From the sequence record LR756511.1: a DNA stretch of 64,000 bases. The stretch is one strand, 5' to 3'. Numbering within the stretch: position 1 is the first letter of the stretch; the number at the start of each line of letters is the position of its first letter. Shown here in pieces: positions 29,726-38,984 of the stretch. The notes beneath the pieces are model-generated. The model was not told where the DNA came from. It did no database searches and worked only from the letters and a program-made list of their open reading frames with translations. The position numbers and the translations under genes are program-made.

Positions 29726-31132
29726 CTAGAAATCAATTTCGTCTTTAATAACAACCTTATGGTTCTCTTTCTTGAGAATCTTCACTCTTTGTTTGGAATG
29801 GTCTTCCAGGTAAGGATTGATTTCAAGGAAGAAGTCGAAGTAGTTTAGAATTACTTTATCACCCGCCGTTCTTAGTCCACGACCCATTCTCTGAATAATA
29901 TCATGTTCTGCCTTACCACCCGCCGCATTAATTAAATTATGGACAAAGAAGTTAACACCTTCGCCAAAGATACCAGGAGTAGCAATAGCGATTACATCGT
30001 CTTTAGCTTCTTGTAATTGGGTAATGACATGCTCTCTGGTCTTCTCGTCGTCCTTACCATGAACCCAAAGGGCATTTGGCATCAATCTCTTTAAATTATC
30101 ACCCTGAACAATACGCTCAACAAGGATTAAAGTCCTACCCTTTTGCTTCTGAGCAAGACGAGTAACAGTCCTGTGAAACTCCCAATTGTTAGCGATACCA
30201 TTCGTTACAGCATCAATATAAAGATCATAAGGGAATTGTGGTTCCTTGATCCTGTAGAACGTACAAATGGAATCTGATAGCGTTCCTCTGTCTTGGAGGA
30301 AGCTAGTCGTTAACTTACCAGTTTCTACAGCATCAGTAGTGAAGATGGGGCCAAAGTATCCTTTCAAGGCATACTTCTGCACATCATCTGTGCCGCCGAA
30401 TTTATATGGTGTTGCACTTACCGCAATACGAACGGATGCTCCTTTTAATTTCTTAAAGGTGGCAAAACCAGAGTCATTGGTGAGTCTATGCACCTCATCA
30501 GCAATGACTACCTTGAAAGTAGGAAGTATTTTATCTAAATGGTGGGCCGATTGAACAGTCGCGCATGTAATGACATTAGGCTCATGATAGTCGCTATAGA
30601 AACGACCGACGTTCTTGAAACCCCATTTCATCATTCGTTTGTAGTTCTGAGCAATAAGCGACTTTCTATTAGCCAAGAATAGAATCGGTGTATCCTCTGG
30701 CAATGACTTCATTATCGCAATCATAATCTCAGTTTTGCCAGCACTGGTCGGTGCCTGAATTATACCACGCTTATGCCTGATTGTCTTATTAACAAAATCG
30801 CACTGATAATCGTATAAGGTTATACCAGATAACAAGTTAGGATTAACTGCTTCATAGAGAAAGGGAACAGCATCCCTGGTATCATCTAGAGAGAATGACA
30901 CATTGCATGATTTGAGGGCAAAGCGGACTTCTGGCAGTAAACCAGTTAGGAATTTGCCTGTTTTCTTGTTAAAGAAGTCTACATAACCGTCCCAAATACC
31001 CTGTCGATAGGCGCGGGTGTGGAAATATCCCTTTTTTCTGAATCGTAATTTGCTCCACAAAAAGTTTCTTATGTTCTGATCGCTTGTTACAACGTAACTG
31101 TAGTCGTTATTTATCTTTAGTATCGCGTCCAT
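29726..31132 (-). CDS. UvsW-like SF2 DNA helicase
   Basis: QAPTSAGKT, DEVH, SAT, QRMGRGLR. Confidence 0.85.
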   Translation of the reverse strand: MDAILKINNDYSYVVTSDQNIRNFLWSKLRFRKKGYFHTRAYRQGIWDGYVDFFNKKTGKFLTGLLPEVRFALKSCNVSFSLDDTRDAVPFLYEAVNPNLLSGITLYDYQCDFVNKTIRHKRGIIQAPTSAGKTEIMIAIMKSLPEDTPILFLANRKSLIAQNYKRMMKWGFKNVGRFYSDYHEPNVITCATVQSAHHLDKILPTFKVVIADEVHRLTNDSGFATFKKLKGASVRIAVSATPYKFGGTDDVQKYALKGYFGPIFTTDAVETGKLTTSFLQDRGTLSDSICTFYRIKEPQFPYDLYIDAVTNGIANNWEFHRTVTRLAQKQKGRTLILVERIVQGDNLKRLMPNALWVHGKDDEKTREHVITQLQEAKDDVIAIATPGIFGEGVNFFVHNLINAAGGKAEHDIIQRMGRGLRTAGDKVILNYFDFFLEINPYLEDHSKQRVKILKKENHKVVIKDEIDF

Positions 31133-31178
31133 TCCATTATTTTACCAAATTGCATTAGCTCTGTCTACCGATATATTT

Positions 31179-31961
31179 ATGAAACTAATGGCGCCAAAAC
31201 TACATAAATATATGTTTCTTGAGTTCATGAGGCGTAAGAACGCCGACAAATTCAACGATGAGTTAATTGAAGCGACCAAAGGTAGAACAGATTTGATTCA
31301 GATTGGCACGCAAGACGGCCATCAAATATTCAAAGCTGTCATTAATCCCGATGGAAAGCATTGCGTCTGCTTTATTGCTGGACTCCACGGCAATGAAGAG
31401 GGCGGTCCTTATGGTGTGCTGGAGTTCTTGAAGACCGACTTCCACGTTCCAAAACACAAAAAGGTCGTTCTCATTCCCCTTGCCAATCCAACAGGCTTTC
31501 GCAACGGTACAAGAAAAAATGGCGATGATCGTGACATCAATCGCCATTTTCTCGACAAGGAGTTAAAGGATGAGTGTAAGTGTATTTGGGATGCAATTAA
31601 GGAAGAAAACGTCGAGCTACTTCATACGCTCCATGAAGACCCTGGACTAAAAACATTCTATCTTTATTACACTCACCACAAAGAACTTGCCGAAGACTTA
31701 CGCGAATTAGCAACCAAGTATTTTAAAATCTACGGTCGAGACGAACGTGAGCCGTTGGAAAAGGATCATAAACTCTATGGAGATAGAGTTTATGATGGGC
31801 TTATTCCTCTTCCACACGAAATTACTGGAACGATAGAAGATAAAGTCCTCATGGAGAAATTCATTCCCTATATCGTCACCGAAAGTCCTGGCAAGGCTAA
31901 ATTAAAAGACCGAGCCGAATTCAACAAGAACGCCATCAAAATGACTATTCACGCTTTTTAA
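31179..31961 (+). CDS. M14-family zinc peptidase / desuccinylase-like
   Basis: AGLHGNEEGG, ANPTGF...R.N...DINRHF, TLHED. Confidence 0.8.
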   Translation: MKLMAPKLHKYMFLEFMRRKNADKFNDELIEATKGRTDLIQIGTQDGHQIFKAVINPDGKHCVCFIAGLHGNEEGGPYGVLEFLKTDFHVPKHKKVVLIPLANPTGFRNGTRKNGDDRDINRHFLDKELKDECKCIWDAIKEENVELLHTLHEDPGLKTFYLYYTHHKELAEDLRELATKYFKIYGRDEREPLEKDHKLYGDRVYDGLIPLPHEITGTIEDKVLMEKFIPYIVTESPGKAKLKDRAEFNKNAIKMTIHAF

Positions 31962-32956
31962 TCGTGAAGCTCTCAATTTCCAATTTGTTCTCAATCACAC
32001 GCACAAACGCATCGGTCTTTTCGTAAATGATATGACCGAACTCAGGTACAAGGAAATTACCTTCCTTCTTACTCGACAATAGACCCTGCTTCATCTCATA
32101 ATCCTTGTTCATATTCAGTTGTTTATACTTGACAAGGGAAATATGCGATGGATAGTTTTCAGGGAAGTTCGTGTCGGGCACCTGGAGATAGAACTCATTA
32201 ATCCAACCCTTAACCTTATACTGATGCCCTGATCCACAACGATCCAGAACAAACATTCCACGCCAGAAATCAGCGTCGTCCAGTGACTTTGCCGCCTCAT
32301 CAAAGGTTTCCTGCAAGCGGGTTATGTAATCCTGATGCTTAGTAAAGAGCTTGCCGATTTGTCTCCAGCAACTTGCCATCTTTTCCCAATCCGACTTATC
32401 GCCTTGAACGTCGATTGCTGGAAAACCACAGCAATACATCATATAGTTGTAATACGGCGAAACCATATCTGCGAAAGCTGCATAACGCGCAAATATGGAT
32501 CGCTGAGTGGAGGTAGAGAACTCAGGCATAAATGCCTTAATGTCCGATGGAACATTCTTGGCTATTGCCTGTATTAATACGTCTAGCGGCATGACCGTCA
32601 TAGAACCCGATTGAACTTTGATGTCCTTCTTATCGGGAGAATCGGTGAAAAGGTCACGGTAGCTCGCAAAGTGCAGTATACCAAAGAATATCAGGATTGA
32701 CGACGATGCCCCAATGAGCGTCCCATGCGCCCAATAGATACTCAATATAGTTCTTATGGGAATATTCGCCCGTAAGATTATCCTCTACATACTTTAGGTC
32801 TTGAGTTATCTTAGTTTGGTAATCAGGACAGTAAGGTTTACCGCCCTTCTTTTTAACATACTCAGTCTTGACGTTAAGCAGCGTATCAATAAGCTGTCTC
32901 TTTTCAACAGGCTTGTAGTAGCCTTCTTTTAGCTTGTCATTTAGTGTTAGGATCAT
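31945..32956 (-). pseudogene. DUF4419-like gene broken by a frameshift near 32660
   Basis: Frame 1 (ATG 32956) ends ...PDILWYTALCELP*; frame 2 continues YRDLFT...CCGFP...CGSG...GWI. Confidence 0.6.
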
Positions 32957-33531
32957 ATTTTCCTCGGATGTTTCTTTCTTAATAATTGAATAACGGCCAT
33001 TGCATCTTCTAATGCCGTATGTGCGACACAGGCATCTAAGCCCGCACGCTTCAGACACATTTCTGTACTAGGTGGCTCCGCATCATCTACGTCTAGGTAC
33101 ATTGAGCCAGGATCAAGAGGACGATGGCTAAATCTAACCAGCGATCCATTGTTGAGCTTTTCTATGAACTTACTATCAAAGTTACCAAAATTCTTTCCAG
33201 CAATATTAATCTTTATTTGGGAGGAAGCGAAAGAGCTATAACCGCCCAACGTTGTTAGAAAGGTATAGAATTTTGTCATCAATTGGTTAGGCTCACAAAT
33301 ATTGATACCATTCTCTTGCCATTTAGCGATCTTTCTGAACGTTTCCGCGTGCATACTTAATGCATATGGTTCACCAATGTAATGCTCATGTAGAATATAG
33401 GTTTGAAACTTAGGCAAAGAGTCTAGCGGCGCTTGAATCTTCAAATTATCTACAACAGCCGCGAACTCAATGATTTGACAATAATTGTGATCTAAACCCG
33501 TTGTCTCTATGTCGATGCTACAATATTTCAT
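32953..33531 (-). CDS. DEDDh 3'-5' exonuclease
   Basis: SIDIETTGLD, AGKNFGNFD, HTALEDA. Confidence 0.88.
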   Translation of the reverse strand: MKYCSIDIETTGLDHNYCQIIEFAAVVDNLKIQAPLDSLPKFQTYILHEHYIGEPYALSMHAETFRKIAKWQENGINICEPNQLMTKFYTFLTTLGGYSSFASSQIKINIAGKNFGNFDSKFIEKLNNGSLVRFSHRPLDPGSMYLDVDDAEPPSTEMCLKRAGLDACVAHTALEDAMAVIQLLRKKHPRKI

Positions 33532-33716
33532 TGAAATTCCTGCAACTTCTTAAAAGTGATAACATCCCAAAAGTGAGTCCAACAAGTGTCGGCCTTAGCT
33601 TTTGGATTATTTACTTGCCAGAAGTAGCATGATACAGAAATGAATAATAAAAAGCAAAGCAAAATTCCAAGGATGAAATTAGCTACGTCTACGTCCTCTA
33701 TTCGCCTTTCTTCCAT
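33528..33716 (-). CDS. Small membrane protein
   Basis: Single hydrophobic helix. Confidence 0.55.
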   Translation of the reverse strand: MEERRIEDVDVANFILGILLCFLLFISVSCYFWQVNNPKAKADTCWTHFWDVITFKKLQEFQ

Positions 33717-34009
33717 TTTCGTTCAACTTTAGAGTTATCCCAAAAAACGCAACACATATGACTTGTGACCCATTCTTGGACATCTTTATGTGTGCAGAAC
33801 CCAACACCTTTTTGGGCGGAACTTTTCATGAATAGACAGTTTCCACAATTAGTTCCCTCCACAGGCAACGTAATCAGGTCGATCTTCTTGAATTTCTTAA
33901 CTTGATCGGGAGCGGGATCAAAGCCGCCCTGATCGTTCTTCTTCTCTGGAACTTTTTTACCAAATCCCGCTTCTAGTTGACTATTTTGCCATTCGTTGAA
34001 ACTAATCAT
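33698..34009 (-). CDS. HiPIP-like Cys protein with CTS-like leader (MISFNEW)
   Basis: CGNCLFM...GFC...VTSHMCCVFW pattern. Confidence 0.55.
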   Translation of the reverse strand: MISFNEWQNSQLEAGFGKKVPEKKNDQGGFDPAPDQVKKFKKIDLITLPVEGTNCGNCLFMKSSAQKGVGFCTHKDVQEWVTSHMCCVFWDNSKVERKWKKGE

Positions 34010-34010
34010 A

Positions 34011-34784
34011 CTAGTATTTAATCACATCCCGCTCTAAATCCAGCAGGCTTTCTGAAGAAATACTACTGTATCCAAATTTGCCTAAAACGTCATTAATACC
34101 AGGAATGAATGGTCTTAAAATATCCCAATCGTACGCCGATAAATACTTGGAGGACGATCCAACATATTCCTGTTTTTCGAGCTTAGATAAACCACACCAA
34201 TTCTTTAAGTCTTCAACATCAATGTTCTCATAGCGAAATATACGCTCTTTGTCGTTTGTACCAAGTATGTGAATTTGGTTCGCCATCCTTAACCATTCGC
34301 GGATAAAGCCAATTCTTCCCGTTTCTCCAAGCAACCAACCTGTGCCAGTGGCGCTCCTATAACAGTCCAAGAAGTTTCTAATTAGGAAAATTACTCTACA
34401 ATCATTCCAGTGTTTGCGAACAAACAAAACATCTTCTAAATTCCAACTTACTTCTTTTAATCCCCATCGCCTAAAACCTTCCCTCTCGGCGGCAGTTTGG
34501 AATGTTTTGTCCATCATTGCCGCCCAACCAACATTTAAATCCTCTTCAAAAGGACGAAGCATGGCACTCCACATAGTAGTGCCATGCTTTCTAAAGTAAT
34601 GTAAATCGTTATCTTTGCCTGTGTCTTCTTTAAATGTCCATCTTACCGAATTAAGATAATTGAACCGACACTGTAGAAGATTGGTTTCTGCCCAAACAAG
34701 GACTTCGTTTGAAGAAGTGAGGAGCCGACCTAACCAAGTGCTACCCGTTCTGCCGCCACATGGAAATATAAATATTGGACACAT
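34011..34784 (-). CDS. Sulfotransferase
   Basis: GGRTGSTWL PAPS loop, WGLKE, LIRNFLDCYRS, RYE. Confidence 0.8.
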   Translation of the reverse strand: MCPIFIFPCGGRTGSTWLGRLLTSSNEVLVWAETNLLQCRFNYLNSVRWTFKEDTGKDNDLHYFRKHGTTMWSAMLRPFEEDLNVGWAAMMDKTFQTAAEREGFRRWGLKEVSWNLEDVLFVRKHWNDCRVIFLIRNFLDCYRSATGTGWLLGETGRIGFIREWLRMANQIHILGTNDKERIFRYENIDVEDLKNWCGLSKLEKQEYVGSSSKYLSAYDWDILRPFIPGINDVLGKFGYSSISSESLLDLERDVIKY

Positions 34785-34786
34785 AA

Positions 34787-35416
34787 TTACTTCTTTCTAC
34801 TTCCATAGTTGAGTGACGCTAATGAGGTTAAATTTCTATACATTGGGCGACCATCTTTAATAGCATAAACTACATTAGAATCGAAATGACTTTCATCCTT
34901 AATTCTTGAGTAGAACCGCCAATCATTTGCAATATGTCCTTCACAATCAGTTGGATAATCGTATTTATCTACTATGTTCCTTGTGAATGAATAGTTTGCT
35001 ATGTCTATTGTTCCATTAACATAAGGCGGAATAGGCAGGATTCGTCTTTTGTGTATGGTTTTAGATATGATGACATCAGCTTTATCATGAATAACTTTAA
35101 TTTTGGCAAAGAAGTCATTATCAGTTACTTTGAGATCGGCGTCAAAGAAAAAGTAACGATCCGCCACGAATTTTTTAAGACAATAATTACGACGCTTGCC
35201 AAGATTGGCTATAAGCTCAAACAGACCGTTCAACTTTTCAAACGGATATTGCTCATAAACGAAACGCTTGTCCTGAATCTTTAGTGTTTGTTTAATTGGG
35301 CCATTACTGATTAAAACATGCGTAAAATCTTTGTAGGTTTGATTTTGTAAATCTTGGGTTAGAAGCTTTGCTGCCTCCACCGCATCATCAAAGATAGGAG
35401 TTATAACACAGAACAT
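34787..35416 (-). CDS. Glycosyltransferase family 2-like
   Basis: VITPIF, QNQTYKDF, GKRRNYCL, FFDAD. Confidence 0.7.
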   Translation of the reverse strand: MFCVITPIFDDAVEAAKLLTQDLQNQTYKDFTHVLISNGPIKQTLKIQDKRFVYEQYPFEKLNGLFELIANLGKRRNYCLKKFVADRYFFFDADLKVTDNDFFAKIKVIHDKADVIISKTIHKRRILPIPPYVNGTIDIANYSFTRNIVDKYDYPTDCEGHIANDWRFYSRIKDESHFDSNVVYAIKDGRPMYRNLTSLASLNYGSRKK

Positions 35417-35431
35417 ACTATATTAATAATT

Positions 35432-36037
35432 ATGTGGACTATCTTTGGTGCTGGAAATTTGTTTTGGGACATTGCTTACGCAATATTGTCTACAGGCGCG
35501 GGTATTAAGAGTGTAGTTTTGAATAGACCCGCTCCTGATATTTTAAACAATTTACCGACCGCAAAATGGGAAGATTATATACCCGATACCACCTACAAAA
35601 TATTTGGGTTCGTATATCCTGACAAGAGTGAATTTCTCACAAAACTAAGTTCACTAGAATTCAATAATGTAATTCATGCTAAAGCTTATGTGACGCCTGA
35701 TTACAAAACTAGTCATGGCAATTATTTTGCTGCAAATAGCACAATGGCGTCTGGAGTAAGTATCGGCAGTTTTAATTACTTTAATCGCAATTGCTCAATC
35801 GGACACCATTGCACGATAGGAGACTATAATCATGTAGGCCCAGGCGCAACAATTTGTGGCCGCGTCAAGATAGGCAATCGTTGTTTTGTTGGCGCTGGAA
35901 GTGTAATTCGTGATGGAATTACAATTGGAGACGGTGTAACAATCGGTGCAGGAGCCGTGGTTGTAAAGGATGTGGCAGAGCCAGGAGTTTATATTGGCAA
36001 TCCAGCCAAATTATTTAGTAAGTCCGCGTATGATTAA
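35432..36037 (+). CDS. NeuD/PglD-type hexapeptide acetyltransferase
   Basis: IFGAG, hexapeptide repeats, IGAGAVVVKDV...GNPAK. Confidence 0.88.
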   Translation: MWTIFGAGNLFWDIAYAILSTGAGIKSVVLNRPAPDILNNLPTAKWEDYIPDTTYKIFGFVYPDKSEFLTKLSSLEFNNVIHAKAYVTPDYKTSHGNYFAANSTMASGVSIGSFNYFNRNCSIGHHCTIGDYNHVGPGATICGRVKIGNRCFVGAGSVIRDGITIGDGVTIGAGAVVVKDVAEPGVYIGNPAKLFSKSAYD

Positions 36038-36122
36038 ATAACCTAAGAACACAGCTAGTTGTGTTCCTAAAATAAAGATACAACCTACCGCGAAGCCAGC
36101 CCTGAAATTATCCCACATTGGA

Positions 36123-36854
36123 TCAACCATTGAGCAATTTCTCCACTAACTCTGGCATTTTCTCGCCAGCCTTACCCTCGATGAGAGTATAATTACCAAT
36201 TTTCTTTGGCTTAGGATCGACAATATATTTTTCTGGCACTTGAACAAAGAGAGGGAGGAGGGCGGCGGCTGGATGAACTTGAGCAGATGTCCCCACACAA
36301 ATAAATACTCCTCTATTATATTTCACTTCTCGCACTAAGTCTTTAATAGACTCAAATTCAAAAGCAACAGGTTCGTCAAACCAAACAACATCGGGACGCA
36401 TTTGCCCACCGCATTTGTGGCACAAATCACCTAGTTTAATTGGCTCGTCATGTGTTTGCTGTACATCGCAAGTGTAACGGGTGTCACCATCCAACATCGA
36501 ACAAGTTTTGTGCCACTCGCATTTTCTTTTGTTAAGACTACCGTGGAAATGACGAACATCGTTGGCCCCTGCTCTTTCAAGCAAGTCATCGACGTTCTGC
36601 GTGAGATTAATGACTTCAAACTTTTCTTGAAGCTTTGCAATAGCGAAATGAGCCGCATTAGGTTCAGCTTTCTTAACAGCTTCATACCTTTGCTCGTAGA
36701 ATTTAAGGACAAGAGATTTGTCATTTGCCCATCCACTCGGATGAGCCACATCTTCAACCTTGTGATTCTCCCACAATCCGTTCGAATCCCTAAACGTAGG
36801 AATTCCACTTTCCGTGCTAAGTCCTGCTCCAGAAAATACTACTACTGTTCTCAT
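36123..36854 (-). CDS. Sir2/CobB NAD-dependent deacylase
   Basis: GAGLSTESGIPTFRD, TQNVDDL, HGS, RPDVVWF, GTSAQVHPAA. Confidence 0.93.
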   Translation of the reverse strand: MRTVVVFSGAGLSTESGIPTFRDSNGLWENHKVEDVAHPSGWANDKSLVLKFYEQRYEAVKKAEPNAAHFAIAKLQEKFEVINLTQNVDDLLERAGANDVRHFHGSLNKRKCEWHKTCSMLDGDTRYTCDVQQTHDEPIKLGDLCHKCGGQMRPDVVWFDEPVAFEFESIKDLVREVKYNRGVFICVGTSAQVHPAAALLPLFVQVPEKYIVDPKPKKIGNYTLIEGKAGEKMPELVEKLLNG

Positions 36855-36860
36855 TGAACC

Positions 36861-37133
36861 TCACTTAAGGAAAAATGCCACACTAACCGCCAAACTTGCT
36901 ATAGCCGTAATCGTAGACATCACAGCCATAATCGTAATCCACTTAGTAAAATAGTGCAATTCATGCGTATATTTCAACATTTTGTCGTTTAGTTTCTCCG
37001 CATCTCGACGGGCCAACTCTTCACGATAAAATGATGGCCCCAATTGCGCCGATTTAACGAGATTATCAAATTCCTTGACCAAATCTTCGTCGTTAAGCTT
37101 TCGGAGTTCTTCAAATTTATATGCCATAGTCAT
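36861..37133 (-). CDS. Hypothetical protein with C-terminal TM helix
   Basis: 90-aa ORF. Confidence 0.65.
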   Translation of the reverse strand: MTMAYKFEELRKLNDEDLVKEFDNLVKSAQLGPSFYREELARRDAEKLNDKMLKYTHELHYFTKWITIMAVMSTITAIASLAVSVAFFLK

Positions 37134-37220
37134 CTAATATAGTAAGTCAATTGGAGTATTAGTCGCTAGTGGCCGAGGCGGGATTTGAACCCGCACACCG
37201 CTTACGCGATACAGGATTTT

Positions 37221-37920
37221 CTTACCACTTCGGCTTTCGCCGCCCGTAGGGTTCGTGGTCTGGACTATGCCTTGACCATAGGTGTTCCACCTTAGGTCGC
37301 GCCCGTCTAGTCTCTACACCTTTTTATTCTTGCCTCTATAATTGCCAGTTTTTGCGTGACAATTAGGACACAAGAGTTTGAGGTTATCCAACTCATTGTT
37401 CTTCCTGTCTCCATCAATATGATGAAGCTCAAGAGGAATAGGTTCTCCCATCCAATCAGTTAAATTGCACCGCTCGCACTTCGCTTCTTTTATTCCTCCC
37501 GTTAAAAGTCGATTTTTTAATCGGTAAGTGTTTTCTAACTTACCACTAACCAAAATCTCTTTTAACGGACGAAGCCGATACGCACAAGTTTTGCCTTTTA
37601 ACCAACCCTGGCCTGTAAAATGTGAAGTGTCTAAAGAATAATGCGAAATCGCTTTCTTTAAAACCTCGTAATTACCGCCAGCAGGAGAAACCCTCAATTG
37701 AGTTAGGACGCCCCTCAAGGAAAAATTACCGCTTACAGCATCCCTTAGCTGGGTCACTGTGTATTTCTTTAATCTCATACCCCTAAGGTAGTAAAGGCAT
37801 GAGAAAAAGATGCGGTGCGTTTTCCCAAGAATAAACTTGGCTCGGCGTTGCCATTTTAAAGGTTTCACCGAGTTTGAGCGCATCCCATCGAGAGTTTCCT
37901 ACTCGATGGCTCCTTTCTTA
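37221..37920 (-). mobile_element. Group I intron (IC3/trnL-like), 700 nt
   Basis: Inserted after U34, ends in G; core motifs CTCAAACTCGGTGAAACC, GGCAACGCCGAGCCAAG, GTAGAGACTAGACG, ATAGTCC. Confidence 0.85.
37314..37778 (-). CDS. Intron-encoded HNH homing endonuclease
   Basis: CERC..W....LELHHIDGDRKNNELDNLKLLCPNCH; start re-assigned to ATG 37778. Confidence 0.9.
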   Translation of the reverse strand: MRLKKYTVTQLRDAVSGNFSLRGVLTQLRVSPAGGNYEVLKKAISHYSLDTSHFTGQGWLKGKTCAYRLRPLKEILVSGKLENTYRLKNRLLTGGIKEAKCERCNLTDWMGEPIPLELHHIDGDRKNNELDNLKLLCPNCHAKTGNYRGKNKKV

Positions 37921-37954
37921 AAGTCCTGTGTGTCTGCCAGTTTCACCACTCGGC

Positions 37955-38491
37955 CTAATCAAACTTTCTATAGATCACGTCCGACCGTAAGATAATCTTA
38001 CAACCCTTCGTTACTGTCGCTCCTTCATGTTTAAGCTCATGTGGGAACAAAATAGCATCGCCCATCTTCGGAACCACAACCATATCATCAAATACCGTCT
38101 GCCCACCTTCGAATTCATCGTTCAAGTAAACAATGAACGTTAGAAACGTTCTGGTATCGTCGTTTATTCTAAACATAATATCAAAGTGCCTGGAGAACAA
38201 CTGCCCAATCTCGTATTTGTAATACCGTAACCGATAGTTCAAACCAGTCGGTTCCCACACCTTAATATCTTCAAACGGATCAGGTCGCAAATCTTTAAAG
38301 AATGTCTCTAACGGAGGTATTTTCAACTTCTTGTAAATCTGTTCCGCTCTGGCCCTATCATCTATGAAAGCGCGTCTACGATCATGCGAGCCGTATTTCT
38401 GCACTAGGAAGCCTGCTTTGGCGGCATAAGCAAGCTCGTCCTCGCATTCTTCTTTTGTGTAAAATCCAGGTATTACTAATACATTATCCAT
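37955..38491 (-). CDS. 2OG-Fe(II) oxygenase (prolyl hydroxylase-like)
   Basis: RHFD HxD, YLNDEFEGGQT, HEG, ILRSDV. Confidence 0.85.
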   Translation of the reverse strand: MDNVLVIPGFYTKEECEDELAYAAKAGFLVQKYGSHDRRRAFIDDRARAEQIYKKLKIPPLETFFKDLRPDPFEDIKVWEPTGLNYRLRYYKYEIGQLFSRHFDIMFRINDDTRTFLTFIVYLNDEFEGGQTVFDDMVVVPKMGDAILFPHELKHEGATVTKGCKIILRSDVIYRKFD

Positions 38492-38744
38492 TCTTCTTAA
38501 GCTTTTCTTTCAGTTTAGATATAAAATCTTCAGCGTGACATGATGGAAGATTGCTTATGTCCACATACCAAACTCTTCTTTCTCCATAATTAACTTCCCT
38601 TATTGGAATCCATTCGTCGGCTGGTTCTAAAGCCTTTGCAATGCCAACCAATCCGCCGCCCATCGCCAAAAATGCCAAAGTGCTTTTTAAGAAGTTCCTA
38701 CGGCTGTTTTTGTGGCAATTTTCCATAAACGTCGCCGTTCTCAT
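38484..38744 (-). CDS. Small protein with twin-arginine-like signal and portal-like motif
   Basis: SRRNFLK + hydrophobic stretch; [13 protein letters not shown]. Confidence 0.55.
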   Translation of the reverse strand: MRTATFMENCHKNSRRNFLKSTLAFLAMGGGLVGIAKALEPADEWIPIREVNYGERRVWYVDISNLPSCHAEDFISKLKEKLKKNG

Positions 38745-38982
38745 TTATTTTTGTATTTTCATAAGGCGCAGCAATACGTCTGTAGTATTCCTGCTTAACA
38801 CATTCTAGCACGCCGATTACTTCGTTCAACACGGCGTAGTTTTTTCCTTTGACCTGTACATATGTGTCAACCATCCTACTTAACACATAGTTAAGTTCGC
38901 CCGCATCCGTAGGCATATTTTGCATAAACAGATGCAGCAACGGTTCCAGTCGAACACGACCAGCTTCTCTAATGTATGACAT
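38698..38982 (-). CDS. Conserved phage hypothetical protein
   Basis: M.YI...GELNY..S...EYYRR..APYE..KI.ENGDVY pattern. Confidence 0.7.
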   Translation of the reverse strand: MSYIREAGRVRLEPLLHLFMQNMPTDAGELNYVLSRMVDTYVQVKGKNYAVLNEVIGVLECVKQEYYRRIAAPYENTKINENGDVYGKLPQKQP

Positions 38983-38984
38983 AG

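Larger units (their letters stand above)
37170..37955 (-). tRNA. tRNA-Leu(UAA) split by a group I intron (exons 37921..37955 and 37170..37220)
   Basis: GGCCGAGTGGTGAAACTGGCAGACACACAGGACTT | AAAATCCTG...GGTTCAAATCCCGCCTCGGCCA; joined loop CUUAAAA; no encoded CCA. Confidence 0.9.

Noticed and set aside
32654-32670. Programmed +1 frameshift at CCG-TGA-C in the DUF4419-like gene
   Set aside because: CCG to CGT gives poor tRNA re-pairing, there is no internal SD, and residues appear to be missing, which fits a deletion better.
36038-37170. HDV-like (theta) ribozymes next to tRNA 3' ends or at 36040..36120
   Set aside because: tRNA trailers are only a few nt before the next ORF, and no nested double-pseudoknot could be built by eye.
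37779-37883. N-terminal extension of the HNH ORF in the ORF track
   Set aside because: Overlaps the intron catalytic core motifs; ATG 37778 is the plausible start.
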